Shown here: in pieces, positions 63,421 through 64,000 of the stretch | How the letters are laid out: every line of letters begins with the position of its first letter | Position numbering within the stretch: the first letter of the stretch is position 1 | Translations under genes and position numbers: made by a program | The notes under the pieces: model-generated | Database searches by the model: none | What the model saw: the letters and a program-made list of their open reading frames with translations, nothing else | Told to the model about the DNA's origin: nothing | Source of the DNA: Tubulanus polymorphus | Taxonomy: Eukaryota; Animalia; Nemertea | Assembly: GCF_964204645.1 (NCBI RefSeq) | Contig: NC_134026.1 | Coordinates: 30,972,150 to 31,036,149 of the forward strand | DNA length: 64,000 nt | Direction: 5' to 3'

Positions 63421-63947
63421 TCAAGCTTTACTTTTGGTAACAGCTTTACTTCATCACTCGCATTGTACCAATGACAAAGAGATTGTACCTTTCCAGGATT
63501 CCAATTTCTAGCTGGTTAATAAAACAAATCTATTGTAGACCTACAGTACATAGACATAATCATTATACACAATATAAAATAATACTTCATACATTAGCTG
63601 TAAACACGAATATCGCACAAATAATATAGTACAGTATAACATAAAGGCAATATAGAAATCCCAAACTAAGAATGAAAAGAGTCTAAAATGTCTCCATGAG
63701 TTTATTATTTAGTTCAGCACATCAACTTTATCTAAATCGCCATCTTCAAGAATAAGTGTTTTCACAACTAGCCGAATAGTCATCTGCTGGAATACCAGAG
63801 TAATACAAGGAATTCAGCACTATCTCATGAAGAGTGCTAGTAGGATCTATCTCCAGGAAACATTGTGGACTTTTTAAATTCTTAGTATCGGATTATCATT
63901 TTTAACAACATGAACTCAGAGTGTTTTAAACAATATTACTCCGATAA

Positions 63948-63962
63948 ATGACGATGATGATA

Positions 63963-64000
<38 letters not shown>
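63948..64000. repeat. (GAT)n microsatellite
   Basis: Direct read to the window end. Confidence 0.95.

Noticed and set aside
63700-63790. Possible terminal exon of a minus-strand gene extending beyond the window
   Set aside because: Acceptor-like CAG and downstream AATAAA are present but the peptide is too short to identify

Overview
AT-rich eukaryotic (invertebrate animal, lophotrochozoan-like) genomic DNA with GT-AG spliced genes; there are no prokaryotic features or CRISPR arrays. Recognisable coding content: the last exon of an alpha-1-adrenergic-like GPCR, an intronless rhodopsin-class GPCR, a compact housekeeping block (SNRNP27, MRM3, carboxypeptidase M-like, MRPL57, BDP1, TMEM17, INO80B, TLC-domain protein) and three intronless secreted Frizzled-CRD/coiled-coil genes (two intact, one decaying). 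The most unusual part is a ~19 kb stretch (about 11.0-30.4 kb) with no recognisable protein gene. It holds three ~4.8 kb tandem units, each with five co-oriented CTCF-like motifs and two diverged copies of a stem-conserved putative structured RNA, flanked by minisatellite-filled putative exons of a minus-strand transcript. Penelope-type minimal hammerhead ribozymes, several MITE families and intronic satellites are scattered through the window. Exon boundaries were read by eye and are approximate; gene identities come from recalled motifs, not from database searches.
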